Part shown: piece after piece, positions 20,500 to 29,994 of the stretch | How positions within the stretch are numbered: the first letter of the stretch is position 1 | How the letters are laid out: each line of letters begins with the position of its first letter | Origin: Victivallales bacterium | GTDB lineage: Bacteria > Verrucomicrobiota > Lentisphaeria > Victivallales > GWF2-38-69 | Direction: 5' to 3' | DNA length: 64,000 bases | Assembly (NCBI GenBank): GCA_965228125.1 | Contig: OZ245791.1 | Location: forward strand, 483,894-547,893 | The notes under the pieces: generated by a model | The model's input: only the letters and a program-made list of their open reading frames with translations | Database searches by the model: none | What the model was told of the DNA's origin: nothing | Program-made: the position numbers and the translations under genes

Positions 20500-20934
20500 T
20501 TAGAACAGAGTAAGTATTACTCCACCGGTTATAAGAGCTATACCCAGCCAATTCACTAATGAGAGGTGTTCTCCCAGAATGAACACCCCGAAAAGCGCAA
20601 CTAATACTACACTGAGTTTATCCACAGGAGCTACCCTTGCAGCATCTCCAATTTTCAGAGCATAGAAATAGCACAACCATGAAGCTCCGGTTCCCAATCC
20701 GGACAGGAACAGGAAAAACATACATTTTGAGTTTATGCCGGATAACACATTAAACTTGAACTCGCCTGTAAAGAGAAGAATAAATCCCAACACTACAATG
20801 ACTACTAAAGTTCTGATAAAAGTAGCAAGGTTTGAGTTTATTTCAGATACTCCTACTTTTGCAAAAATTGCTGTAAGAGCCGCAAAAACGGCTGAAAAAA
20901 AAGCCCAGAATTGCCAACTTGAGAATATTTTCAT
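20500..20934 (-). CDS. EamA/DMT family small transporter
   Basis: FAALTAIFAKVG, GASWLCYFYAL, VAPVDKLSVVLV; start moved to ATG 20934. Confidence 0.88.
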   Translation of the reverse strand: MKIFSSWQFWAFFSAVFAALTAIFAKVGVSEINSNLATFIRTLVVIVVLGFILLFTGEFKFNVLSGINSKCMFFLFLSGLGTGASWLCYFYALKIGDAARVAPVDKLSVVLVALFGVFILGEHLSLVNWLGIALITGGVILTLF

Positions 20935-21155
20935 ATGCCCCTTTATCGTTAAAGTTAATTCCCTTTGGGAAAGCATCTGCCTAGGCACTAACCTACCCCA
21001 AAAGTATAAACGGGCCGAAAGAAAAAGTCATTCTTGCAAAAAGTTTTCTTATATAAGATTACCAAACATGGCTCTTTCTTGCATTAATTCAACGCTTATG
21101 ATATTTTTGAAAGCAGTAAATAGAAGACAACTAAAAGAGTTTAACTAAAGGTACT

Positions 21156-22412
21156 GTGATGATACTTCGCGACCATATCGGTATATTTGGACGGATGAAT
21201 GCTGGAAAAAGTTCTGTGATGAATCTCATAACACAGAGCGACACATCTATAGTAGATCCTACACCAGGAACAACAGCCGACACAAAAGTTACACTTATGG
21301 AACTGCATGGCATTGGACCGATAAAACTCTTTGATACTGCAGGGACAGACGAACAAAATGAACTTGGAACTAAGAAGAAAAGCAAAGTGTTTTCTTGCTT
21401 GAAAGAGTGTGATCTTGTTCTTATTATCATAGACCCCAGAATTCAGGATTTCTCGATAGAAAATGAAATCCTCGATAATGCCAGAGAATTGGACAAACAA
21501 ATTATCGTTGTATTTAATTCTTTCAATGGTATCGACTACACAAAAGAATTTGCTCACTTTGAAAGCAAACTGCCGTTGATTAGCTTCTACGGAAAAATAT
21601 CTATTGCTGCTAACGACCCTGCTTTCCGCCAAAACCTAATCGACTTTATTTTAAAAAATTATGTTCCAAAAAATATCAAAACCGATCTTCTTCCTTTTCT
21701 TCAGAGAGATGAATTCTATCTGCTCAATATCCCGATGGATGAAGAAACGCCTCCGGGAAGATATTTAAGGCCGCAGGAAATGTGCGAGGAATATATAACC
21801 AGGCACTGGGCTTTCCCTGTTTCCTACAGAATGGATCTTGGCAATGCCAGGGCAGGACGATGCGAAGAGAATGAACGCTTCACCCATTTCCTAGGAAGCT
21901 TCAACAAAAAGCCAAAAATGATGATAACTGACTCACAGGCTATGGACATAGTAAAAGACTGGCTGCCTGAAGACATCATGCTAACAACCTTTTCAATAAT
22001 GATGATTAACTACATGTCAAACGGTCGACTCAAAGAATTTGTGGATGGCATCAAAGTTATTAAGGATTTGCAAGCCAATGATAAAGTTCTAATAGTTGAA
22101 GCCTGTAACCATTCAAGAATAGCTGAGGATATTGGCACTTCACAAATACCTAAAATACTTCACAAAATAATTCCGGAATTGGTGATCGAACACAATTTTG
22201 GAAGGGAATTTCAGGAAAATACCAAGCTAAGAAGTTATAAACTAATCATCCATTGCGGTGGATGTATGGTAAGTCCTCAGAAGATATCCGCCAGAATAAG
22301 AGATTTATCCCAGATCGGGGTACCTTATACAAATTATGGAGTTTTTCTATCTTACATCCATGGGCAAGAATGCCTCGCAAGAGTGCTCAAACCGTGGGGG
22401 TTGACTCTTTAA
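21156..22412 (+). CDS. hydF: [FeFe]-hydrogenase H-cluster maturation GTPase HydF
   Basis: GRMNAGKSS, GTTAD, DTAG, ITDSQA, and ACNH...HCGGCM (CxH-x~50-HCGGC). Confidence 0.9.
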   Translation: MMILRDHIGIFGRMNAGKSSVMNLITQSDTSIVDPTPGTTADTKVTLMELHGIGPIKLFDTAGTDEQNELGTKKKSKVFSCLKECDLVLIIIDPRIQDFSIENEILDNARELDKQIIVVFNSFNGIDYTKEFAHFESKLPLISFYGKISIAANDPAFRQNLIDFILKNYVPKNIKTDLLPFLQRDEFYLLNIPMDEETPPGRYLRPQEMCEEYITRHWAFPVSYRMDLGNARAGRCEENERFTHFLGSFNKKPKMMITDSQAMDIVKDWLPEDIMLTTFSIMMINYMSNGRLKEFVDGIKVIKDLQANDKVLIVEACNHSRIAEDIGTSQIPKILHKIIPELVIEHNFGREFQENTKLRSYKLIIHCGGCMVSPQKISARIRDLSQIGVPYTNYGVFLSYIHGQECLARVLKPWGLTL

Positions 22413-22462
22413 TTTTCATTTATGGTCTCAGGGGCTGGCCACCCTCCTAGATGATTATCCGG

Positions 22463-23743
22463 TTAGTGCTGATTAATACCTGCGGCAGCATCTAGCTGTG
22501 CCCGATATATGTTTATATTTGCTTTGGATTTCATCAGTTGCTTTTCTGTACTTATTAACTCATTTTGTGTTTGAATAAGTTCACTAATGCTAACTTTGCC
22601 TTTTTCATATTCCTGAGCAACAAGATCTCGGCTTTGAAGCCCCAAATCGTATTGGTCTTCAAGTATTTTTTCGATACCTGCATTTGCATTTAACTGATTA
22701 TATGAAGTTCGCACTTCACCTAAAGCCTGGGTATATGATGATGTCACTTTCTCTTCTGCTGAATCTTTTAAGTCCTGAGAAGATTGAATATTAGCAATAG
22801 CAGGTGTGGGATTCAGATTTTCTGCAGCATTAATACCTGTCGGCGGGTTTTTATTTAATTGGACGGTTGCGTCTATTGTAGGAGAGAGCTGTCCATAGCT
22901 GGAGTACAGATTATATTTTGCAGAATTTAAATCATATCTGGAAGCCTGCAAATCAGGTCTCTGGCCTATGGCCATGTCTAAATATTGATCTACGCTAAGA
23001 TCTTTCTGTGGTTCCGCCGGAATCTCAATTTCGGGAAATATTATATCAGAAGGCAGCTGTGCTGTAGTTAACCCCATTAGCACGGCAAGAGCACACTTGT
23101 CGTTGTTGAAGTTTTCTATGCTTTTGATAACGGCAGACTGCGCTAGATCTATATTTGTTTTAAATTGGAGAGCATCACTGATAGCTAAAGCACCTGGATT
23201 GGGTTTCGACTGGAGTTTGCGCAATTGCTCCTGATAGAAAGAAACATTGTCTTTTTGTATTTTGATCCTAGCTTTATCTAATAAAATAGTGTTGTAAACT
23301 AATGCCAGTTGCTGAACATAAAGCCTTCTGGTATTCATACTCATTTCTCTAGCTGACAGATATTGAGCCTTTGCCGCAAGGGTATCCATCTGATTAGCAA
23401 GTCCATTCCATGCAGCTATTTTTCCGGTGATAGCCCCTTTCGAAGCAGTTACATCAGGAGTATATGCCGACAAACTCCCGTAGTATTGTGCTGATGCGGC
23501 AAGGGCTTTAAGTTCTCCTATCTGGATATTCGGATTATTGGACAGAGCGGTTTTTATGGCTTCATCCAGTGTGAGGACTTTTCCGCTCTGAGGAACTGCA
23601 TGCGCAATGCTGATATTGCTTGCTGAGTAACTGTCAGAGTATAAAATATCGGCCGAATGAGAAGCGGTGTGCTTCACGCAGCCCATATTTATAGCAAATA
23701 AAACTGTTAGGCCTGCGATTGATATGGATTTAGGTTTACTCAT
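22463..23743 (-). CDS. TolC family outer-membrane factor (probable lipoprotein)
   Basis: LTLDEAIKTALSNNP, QRPDL, YEKGKVSISEL, LDAAAG; lipobox-like NMGC; start moved to ATG 23743. Confidence 0.82.
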   Translation of the reverse strand: MSKPKSISIAGLTVLFAINMGCVKHTASHSADILYSDSYSASNISIAHAVPQSGKVLTLDEAIKTALSNNPNIQIGELKALAASAQYYGSLSAYTPDVTASKGAITGKIAAWNGLANQMDTLAAKAQYLSAREMSMNTRRLYVQQLALVYNTILLDKARIKIQKDNVSFYQEQLRKLQSKPNPGALAISDALQFKTNIDLAQSAVIKSIENFNNDKCALAVLMGLTTAQLPSDIIFPEIEIPAEPQKDLSVDQYLDMAIGQRPDLQASRYDLNSAKYNLYSSYGQLSPTIDATVQLNKNPPTGINAAENLNPTPAIANIQSSQDLKDSAEEKVTSSYTQALGEVRTSYNQLNANAGIEKILEDQYDLGLQSRDLVAQEYEKGKVSISELIQTQNELISTEKQLMKSKANINIYRAQLDAAAGINQH

Positions 23744-23745
23744 AA

Positions 23746-24864
23746 CTAGTTTTGGATGCAAGGATAAGCCCATATACCGGAAACCCTGAGCAGATCCCTG
23801 TAAATTATCGTTAACTCTTTGTCAGGCACCTTTGAAGCTTCATCAAGCGTAGGATAATCCAAATATACCAGGTTATTAAATTTGATTTGGACCCCATTCT
23901 GCATGGAAGCCTGATTAAAAAGCGCAAGAGCCCTGCGAATATGGCTGGAGCTTGTAACAATTGTAGCGTGTTCAAACTTATATTCTTTTAATATATTGGC
24001 AGTATTAATAGCATTTCCTACAGTATCCTTCGATTTATCTTCCATAATAATTGAGCCAGCAGGAACACTATTTGATAGCAGCCACTCTTTCATTACATAA
24101 GATTCTGTTACTCCGCCCATTGCCATTCCGCCGCTGACAATGATTTTAGAAGTCCTGTTTAACCGGAAAAGTGCCAAAGCTTGTTTCAGCCGTTCAATCA
24201 GAGTCAGTTGGGCTTGCCCTTTGTCATCAAGCGCATAACCCAGAATTATGATTGCTCCGTTTTTATACGGATACTTTTCGGCTTTGATATTGAGTCCCTG
24301 ATTGATCACATTGTCCGCGGAGAGAATTATTTTACAGTATTTCTCAGTGAGCTCAGGAAAGGCCTTTCCAAGTCGGTTCAATTCTCTTTCATAATCCTCA
24401 TTATTTCCTAATGCTTTGGAATAGGCTCCGTAGAGTATTCCGGCATTGAACGCATAGGGATCTGAATTGATTATATCTTTGTAAAGAGCCAGAGCATTGT
24501 CATAATCATTTTTAAGTATTTGTGTTGAGGCAAGGTCGTATTTGAAATCGATTCTGCTTGGGGCAAGCTCAATGGCCTTTCTAAATAGAAGTTCTACCGC
24601 ATCCAAATTACCTCTAAGCGTAATGCCTTTGAAAATCTCATTCTCTGCTTTCTTTATATCTCCGCCATTCCAATAGTACTTGATTGCATCTTGTACGCAG
24701 TTATTTATTTCAGGCTGGTTTCTCAGGTAGGTTTTGTAATTGGAATATGATGGCAGGTATCCAACCAGAAGCCCGGCAATAAAAAATACAACCAAAAGTA
24801 CAGGAGTAATTAACTTCTTATGGGCAATAAATGACTTTTTCAAAGGGGCAAATTCATCTGGCAT
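23746..24864 (-). CDS. TPR-containing DUF218 (YdcF/ElyC/SanA family) envelope protein
   Basis: N-terminal TM, TPR-like helices (FRKAIELAP), then IIILG..L..RL, IIVSGG, E..S..T.GNA, VTSSSHIRRA. Confidence 0.85.
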   Translation of the reverse strand: MPDEFAPLKKSFIAHKKLITPVLLVVFFIAGLLVGYLPSYSNYKTYLRNQPEINNCVQDAIKYYWNGGDIKKAENEIFKGITLRGNLDAVELLFRKAIELAPSRIDFKYDLASTQILKNDYDNALALYKDIINSDPYAFNAGILYGAYSKALGNNEDYERELNRLGKAFPELTEKYCKIILSADNVINQGLNIKAEKYPYKNGAIIILGYALDDKGQAQLTLIERLKQALALFRLNRTSKIIVSGGMAMGGVTESYVMKEWLLSNSVPAGSIIMEDKSKDTVGNAINTANILKEYKFEHATIVTSSSHIRRALALFNQASMQNGVQIKFNNLVYLDYPTLDEASKVPDKELTIIYRDLLRVSGIWAYPCIQN

Positions 24865-24882
24865 AATATTTCGCTTTTTGGA

Positions 24883-25449
24883 TTACGGTTTGAGTTTATT
24901 ATCCGATTCAGGTAAAGCCGAGGCCGAGTTTTTATTTGGGTCTCCGACAGCAGCATCATTAGTTTTGACTTTGAATTGCAAAGTGCTGGAGTCCGAAGGA
25001 GGAAGTTGAATATCTCCTGAAATTTTGGCTTTTTGAGCTTTAGGTTTTTGAGGGATTTTTTTTATCAGGACTGAACCATGGGTAGTTTTAAAATCCAGAA
25101 TTGTATTACTGTTTTGAGAAATCTGGCTATCATCCTTGTTGTTATCGGCAGGCTGTCCATCTTCTCCTTCAGTGGCAATATTTGGAATCATATCTGGTTC
25201 ATGAGAGGTTTGCGCCCCATTCTCGTTGTATTTGATTGGCGGCTGGGCTTCTTCTCTAGGTGAGGAAATACCAGTACTTATTTCAGATCCTGAAGAAATA
25301 TGACTGTTGTTACTACCCTGATTATTGTGTTGATTAGTTTCGCCACTATTACTAATTTGAGCCGGAGCTGGATTTGTGCTGACTCCTTGGCTGGCAAAAA
25401 CAAACAGAGATATAGAAGTTAGCAATATTGTTAATAGTTTTTTTGACAT
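24883..25449 (-). CDS. Hypothetical secreted, low-complexity (S/N/Q/P-rich) protein
   Basis: Sec signal peptide MSKKLL...VFA, AGGAGG RBS, 18 nt upstream of the DUF218 gene. Confidence 0.7.
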   Translation of the reverse strand: MSKKLLTILLTSISLFVFASQGVSTNPAPAQISNSGETNQHNNQGSNNSHISSGSEISTGISSPREEAQPPIKYNENGAQTSHEPDMIPNIATEGEDGQPADNNKDDSQISQNSNTILDFKTTHGSVLIKKIPQKPKAQKAKISGDIQLPPSDSSTLQFKVKTNDAAVGDPNKNSASALPESDNKLKP

Positions 25450-25622
25450 GACTTAAACCTCCTAGTCTATGGAAAGATTGAAATAACTTCGATTATCATA
25501 CATTTCAGAAAAAAATCAAGGTATAACCCAAAAGTGCCAATGCAAAATGCTTTAAAATGTCGAAAGCTAACCCAACTAATTTCTTCCTCTCGATTTGTTC
25601 CGTTCTGCTATATAGGTATAAA

Positions 25623-26489
25623 CCCAAATAATGCAACTCCAGGAAGATAGCAACAACAGGATCAACAGGCATTCCCAGGCAGAAAAGGTGTTTGAGTCAG
25701 CCAGACAGTTGACGAGTGTTATTATCAAGTGGCTCAAAATAAGAGATGTTGTGCTTCGTTTTGACTCAAGCGTAATTGTAAGGTACGGCAATCAGCAGGG
25801 GGCTAAAAAGGGTTACAACCCTACGAAGAAAGGAAGGTTTTCCCATAATCCCCTGATAGCCTTTATTGATAATGGACTAATAGTCAATCTATGGAACAGT
25901 CCAGACAATTCTTCTTCCATCGGCGGAATAGTAGATTTCTTCGACAACACCATAATCTTTTTGAATGTAAATGTGTACAGAATTGCAGCTGATACAGGAT
26001 ACTATCTGGTGAGTTTCATAGAACATCTTGAGATGAAGGCTTTCAAGTACATTATAGGCGCTCCGATGTGCCAGGTTATGCAGAAAGAAATACTGAATAT
26101 AAAGCTATAGAGACAGGCAACTGAAAGCATAGAAGTAGCTGAGTTTTATTTTCGGCATTATGATGTCAAATGGGAAAAGGAGCGCAGGTACATAGTTGCC
26201 AGATAGGAAATCATGAAAAGGCCAGATGCGGCAGGTATAGAAATCAAATGCGGACATTACGTACAAAACACTTTATCATTCCCGGCATAATGGAAACAGG
26301 CAGTAGAAAATACATCTTAAGGCTCGGGATAAAAGATAAAATCAAACAAGTGAAAATAACCCAAATCCTTAAACAAATGGAAATTATGCCTTATTGCTTC
26401 TACAGTAATGCAGTTGGATTTTCTTGATAAATTTTAGAGCCATAACTGGCAGTTTTAACCAAATTTTCACTCCTATTGCAAAAAATGGG
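25623..26489 (+). mobile_element. Internally deleted IS1380-family element with terminal IRs and 5-bp target duplication
   Basis: IRL CCCAAATAATGCAA (25623-25636) vs IRR TTGCAAAAAATGGG (26476-26489), 10/14 match; ATAAA directly flanks both ends (25618-25622, 26490-26494). Confidence 0.75.
25631..26427 (+). pseudogene. IS1380-family DDE transposase pseudogene
   Basis: LRFDSSVIVRYG.Q.GAKKGYNP.KKGR.SH.PLIAF and IAADTGYY; frame continues through two TAG stops (IEVAEF..WEKERRYIVAR*EIMKRPDAAG); C-terminal TLRTKHFIIPG...ILRL lies in another frame. Confidence 0.85.
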
Positions 26490-26525
26490 ATAAAAAGGTC
26501 TTGTGTTTAAAAGCAGCTTACAGGC

Positions 26526-27959
26526 TCAATATTTTATTGGCAAAATGATTTTGAATTCAGCCCCAGTATTTTCTGAACTTTCTACCGTAATTGATCCTTT
26601 ATGTGCATTGACTATTGATAATGCTAAGCTAAGACCAAGACCATTGCCAGGCTTGGATCGGCTGGAATCGCAGCGATAAAAACGGTCAAATATGTGTTTT
26701 TGATCTTCAGGTTTGATGCCGCATCCGTTATCGTGTATCGATATACATACTTGCTTGTCATTGCAAAAAGCTGAAAGTTTTATCATGCCTCCTTCTTGAG
26801 TGTATTTTATTGCATTTTCAAGAATATTTGAAATAACACGCTGAAGGCGTATGGCATCTCCTTTTATCATTAAAGGTAGTTCAGGTTTTTCCAGATAAAT
26901 ACTTATTCCTTTGATATCTGCTAAAGGCAGAAATAGCTTGTAGGCATTATCAATCATATTGCAAATATCTATATCACCAATGTTCAGAGCAGATGCTCCA
27001 GATTCTGTCTGGGCAATTTCCAACATGGTATTAATCATAATGATAAGCGAGTCACACTCTTCAACTGCTATACCTGAAACCTCTATCAAGTCTTTTTTTT
27101 CGGGATTACTGTTAACTGTAATTTCAAGCAGGCTTCTAATTCTGGTTATAGGTGTCCGCAAATCGTGGGCTATATTGTCTGATACTGACTTAAGCTCGGA
27201 AATTAATTCCTGAATCCTTGAAATCATATTATTAAAGGCTTCGGCAAGTTCTTTGATTTCAACGCCCTCTTTGCCGATTTCTACTCTTTCGTTAAAAAAT
27301 CCCGTACCAATCATATTTGCTGTCCTGACTACTCTTTTAACACCGGATAAGGCTTTTCTTGTGATCAAAAAACCAAAGACCGAGCCGCTAATAATAATAA
27401 ATCCAAAGATTGAAATAAAGACTGAGATGTAAAGTGTGAGTAAAGCATTCTCTTTATTTAAACTCTTACCTACTAATAGGGTATATCCATCGAGAATGGT
27501 ACTGCAGACTCTTATATCTCCTCCCCTCTTATCAGAAAACTCTAATGTTTTAAATCTCTCTTTTTTTATAAATTGATGAAGTTTACCGGGATGCTTTAAT
27601 AGTCCTGTCCATGCTTTCATATTTGAACTGGCAATGATTTTCCCTGAAGAAGAAAAGAGAACGAAAAATACTTTATTTATACCTTCTTCATTTGCTTCAT
27701 AGTCAAAATCATTTTGAATATGCTTTATATCAGTTGTTTCCGGAGCAATTTTCTCCCATTTTTCAGACAAGATAATAATTTCTTTGGTAAGTACTTTAAG
27801 TTCCTCATCTGCATTTTTTATCATACTGACAAGAAGGACAAAATAAATTGTGAGAAAGACTATAGATGAGGCTAAGGCAAAGAGGATTGCATAATATAAG
27901 GTAAACCTGAATTTTAAAGTGCTGAAAAACTCAATTACGTTCTTCAAGTACATAGCCAA
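26526..27959 (-). CDS. Sensor histidine kinase (2TM-HAMP-HisKA-HATPase; CusS/CopS-like)
   Basis: IAHDLRTP, NILENAIKY, DNGCGI, IFDRFYR, GNGLGL. Confidence 0.93.
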   Translation of the reverse strand: MAMYLKNVIEFFSTLKFRFTLYYAILFALASSIVFLTIYFVLLVSMIKNADEELKVLTKEIIILSEKWEKIAPETTDIKHIQNDFDYEANEEGINKVFFVLFSSSGKIIASSNMKAWTGLLKHPGKLHQFIKKERFKTLEFSDKRGGDIRVCSTILDGYTLLVGKSLNKENALLTLYISVFISIFGFIIISGSVFGFLITRKALSGVKRVVRTANMIGTGFFNERVEIGKEGVEIKELAEAFNNMISRIQELISELKSVSDNIAHDLRTPITRIRSLLEITVNSNPEKKDLIEVSGIAVEECDSLIIMINTMLEIAQTESGASALNIGDIDICNMIDNAYKLFLPLADIKGISIYLEKPELPLMIKGDAIRLQRVISNILENAIKYTQEGGMIKLSAFCNDKQVCISIHDNGCGIKPEDQKHIFDRFYRCDSSRSKPGNGLGLSLALSIVNAHKGSITVESSENTGAEFKIILPIKY

Positions 27960-28608
27960 ATCCTCTGATTGTGTGGAGAAGTTGTGTTTTGAAAGGTTTA
28001 TCTATTTTATCTCTAAGGCGGCAAACCCTCACCTCAATCACATTTGTACTTGGATCAAAATTATGTTCCCAGACATTTTCCATGATCATTGTTTTAGATA
28101 CTACTCTGCCTTTATTCCTTATCAGATACTCAAGCAGAGCATAATCAAGAGGTTGAATATCGATCTGTATCTCACCTCTGTATACTTTATGGGTAAGAAT
28201 ATCAACAGATAAGTCTCCAATTCTTAGCGTAGTTGGTTCGGCGATAGAATTTGATCTGCGAAGAAGAGCCTGCATTCTTGCAAGAAGCTCAGTAAATGAA
28301 AAAGGTTTGACAAGATAATCGTCGCCTCCCTTATGTAATCCCTTAACTCTGTCTTCTACTGAACTTTTTGCGCTTAGCACGATAATTGGCGTAGTAATTC
28401 CTTTCTTTCTAAGTTCTTCTATCAAAGAAAATCCATCCAGGCGAGGAAGCATAATATCGACGATAATAATATCATACTTTTCTGTAACGGCTCTGAATAA
28501 GCCATTTGCACCGTCAGGAGAATATTCTGTTGTATATCCGGCCTGATTGAGACCTTTAATAATAAATGGAGAAGTTACTTTATCATCGTCGACTAATAGA
28601 ATTTTCAT
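27931..28608 (-). CDS. OmpR-family response regulator (CusR/CopR-like)
   Basis: ILLVDDD, VDIMLP, DDYLVKPFSF.EL.AR, TNVIEV, HTIRGFGY. Confidence 0.95.
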   Translation of the reverse strand: MKILLVDDDKVTSPFIIKGLNQAGYTTEYSPDGANGLFRAVTEKYDIIIVDIMLPRLDGFSLIEELRKKGITTPIIVLSAKSSVEDRVKGLHKGGDDYLVKPFSFTELLARMQALLRRSNSIAEPTTLRIGDLSVDILTHKVYRGEIQIDIQPLDYALLEYLIRNKGRVVSKTMIMENVWEHNFDPSTNVIEVRVCRLRDKIDKPFKTQLLHTIRGFGYVLEERN

Positions 28609-28637
28609 ACAATTATTCCTTCATAAATAGATATAGG

Positions 28638-29897
28638 TTAATCCTTCTGAGAAGAATTGTCCAGTTTATCAATTTCTTCAATCAGAGCCAGAAGAGACAA
28701 TCGGCATGTTGTAGGATCCTGATGAAAAGCCCGTATTTTTCTTAATACATTATCAAGCAAATCATCAACTTTTGTCCAATCTTTTGTGTTCATGGGTTTC
28801 AAATACGCTTCTTTATTATCCCATGTTGACTCCAGATCATTCACTTTGCTTTTAGCTTCTTCTAATTTACCGGAATCGACTAAAGAAAGAGTGCTTACAG
28901 CGATAGTTTTGAATGATGACAGATCGCCTAGGGGGCGAATAGCGTATGCTACAGCCTTCCCAGGGGCATTTGCATCTATCAACTGTGAAGCAATTTTAAG
29001 CTTAATTGTTTCCTGAAGTTTTATATTACTCCACAGATATCCACTCCATGAAGCAGATAGAAGAATTGCAAGGACAACAGCAACTTGAATAAATACACTT
29101 TTTCGAGATAAAACTTCTGTTTCCCTTATGTTTTTAGCAGTAATCACATCACGTTTTGTGATACTAAGGTAAATTACCGTAAGCATAATTGCAGAAAGGA
29201 AAATAATGCTTGTTACAGTCGGTCCAAAACCAAGCCCGCCATTTTCACGTGATTGAGACAAGTAATCTCCAAGTGAAGCACCAAGCGGTCTGGACAAAAT
29301 ATAAACAATCCAGAAGGATAGAACTGAATTAAGTCCAAAACTCCAGGCTAATGAAATTACCGCTATAACAGCACAGACTATGGTGCCAGTAACCAGGTAA
29401 CCAAGACCTAAACTTTCTGCCATAAGGTCACCTGATGCAGTTCCCAGCGCAAATGTGAAAAGAATAGTAAGCCAATAGAAAGATTCTCTGCGTCTAGTAA
29501 AAATAGAGTGAATGGAAAGTGTTTTTTCTGAAGCATACCAGATTATGAATGTTGCAGCCAGTGCGATGCCAAAGAGTATCGTACTGACTTCAAGAGGAAG
29601 ATGCATGCTGTCTGTGAAATTATCTGTTATCAATGTTCCAAATACGCTTATAAGAACAACGGCAATCCAATAAATACCAGGAACATATTTTGAGGCACGA
29701 AACTGAAAAATGAGAACTATCCCTAGAAATATTCCAGTCAGAAGAGAAATCCCGCTAAGTCCAAGCCCAAAGCTCATATTCAAATAGTCTGCCGCTGTTT
29801 CTCCAACAGTAGTACACAACACTTTTATAATCCAGAAATAGATGGTAACTTCAGGGACTTTGCTAAGCATCATTTCTGCTTTTTCTTGTAAAGCCAT
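28638..29897 (-). CDS. COG4705 (DUF347-repeat) membrane protein with extra C-terminal soluble helical domain
   Basis: SKVPEVTIYFWIIKVLCTTVGETAAD, YWLTILFTFALGTASGD, SRPLGASLGD. Confidence 0.85.
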   Translation of the reverse strand: MALQEKAEMMLSKVPEVTIYFWIIKVLCTTVGETAADYLNMSFGLGLSGISLLTGIFLGIVLIFQFRASKYVPGIYWIAVVLISVFGTLITDNFTDSMHLPLEVSTILFGIALAATFIIWYASEKTLSIHSIFTRRRESFYWLTILFTFALGTASGDLMAESLGLGYLVTGTIVCAVIAVISLAWSFGLNSVLSFWIVYILSRPLGASLGDYLSQSRENGGLGFGPTVTSIIFLSAIMLTVIYLSITKRDVITAKNIRETEVLSRKSVFIQVAVVLAILLSASWSGYLWSNIKLQETIKLKIASQLIDANAPGKAVAYAIRPLGDLSSFKTIAVSTLSLVDSGKLEEAKSKVNDLESTWDNKEAYLKPMNTKDWTKVDDLLDNVLRKIRAFHQDPTTCRLSLLALIEEIDKLDNSSQKD

Positions 29898-29994
29898 TAC
29901 AATCCCCTTTTAAATATTTGTGTTCTTCTAGAAATCGAAACTAGTTTATGGGAGCAGCATACGTTGAGAATAATATATGATATTACTTAAGGAC

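Noticed and set aside
19361-22412. Radical SAM gene near hydF read as HydE/HydG
   Set aside because: Its motifs and HhH tail are TIGR03916-type, and an opposite-strand EamA gene separates the two.
23744-23773. Extended 5' ends from the ORF track (TolC 23773, also 3767, 20988, 39233, 41127)
   Set aside because: Downstream ATGs fit the RBS, operon spacing or family N-termini better.
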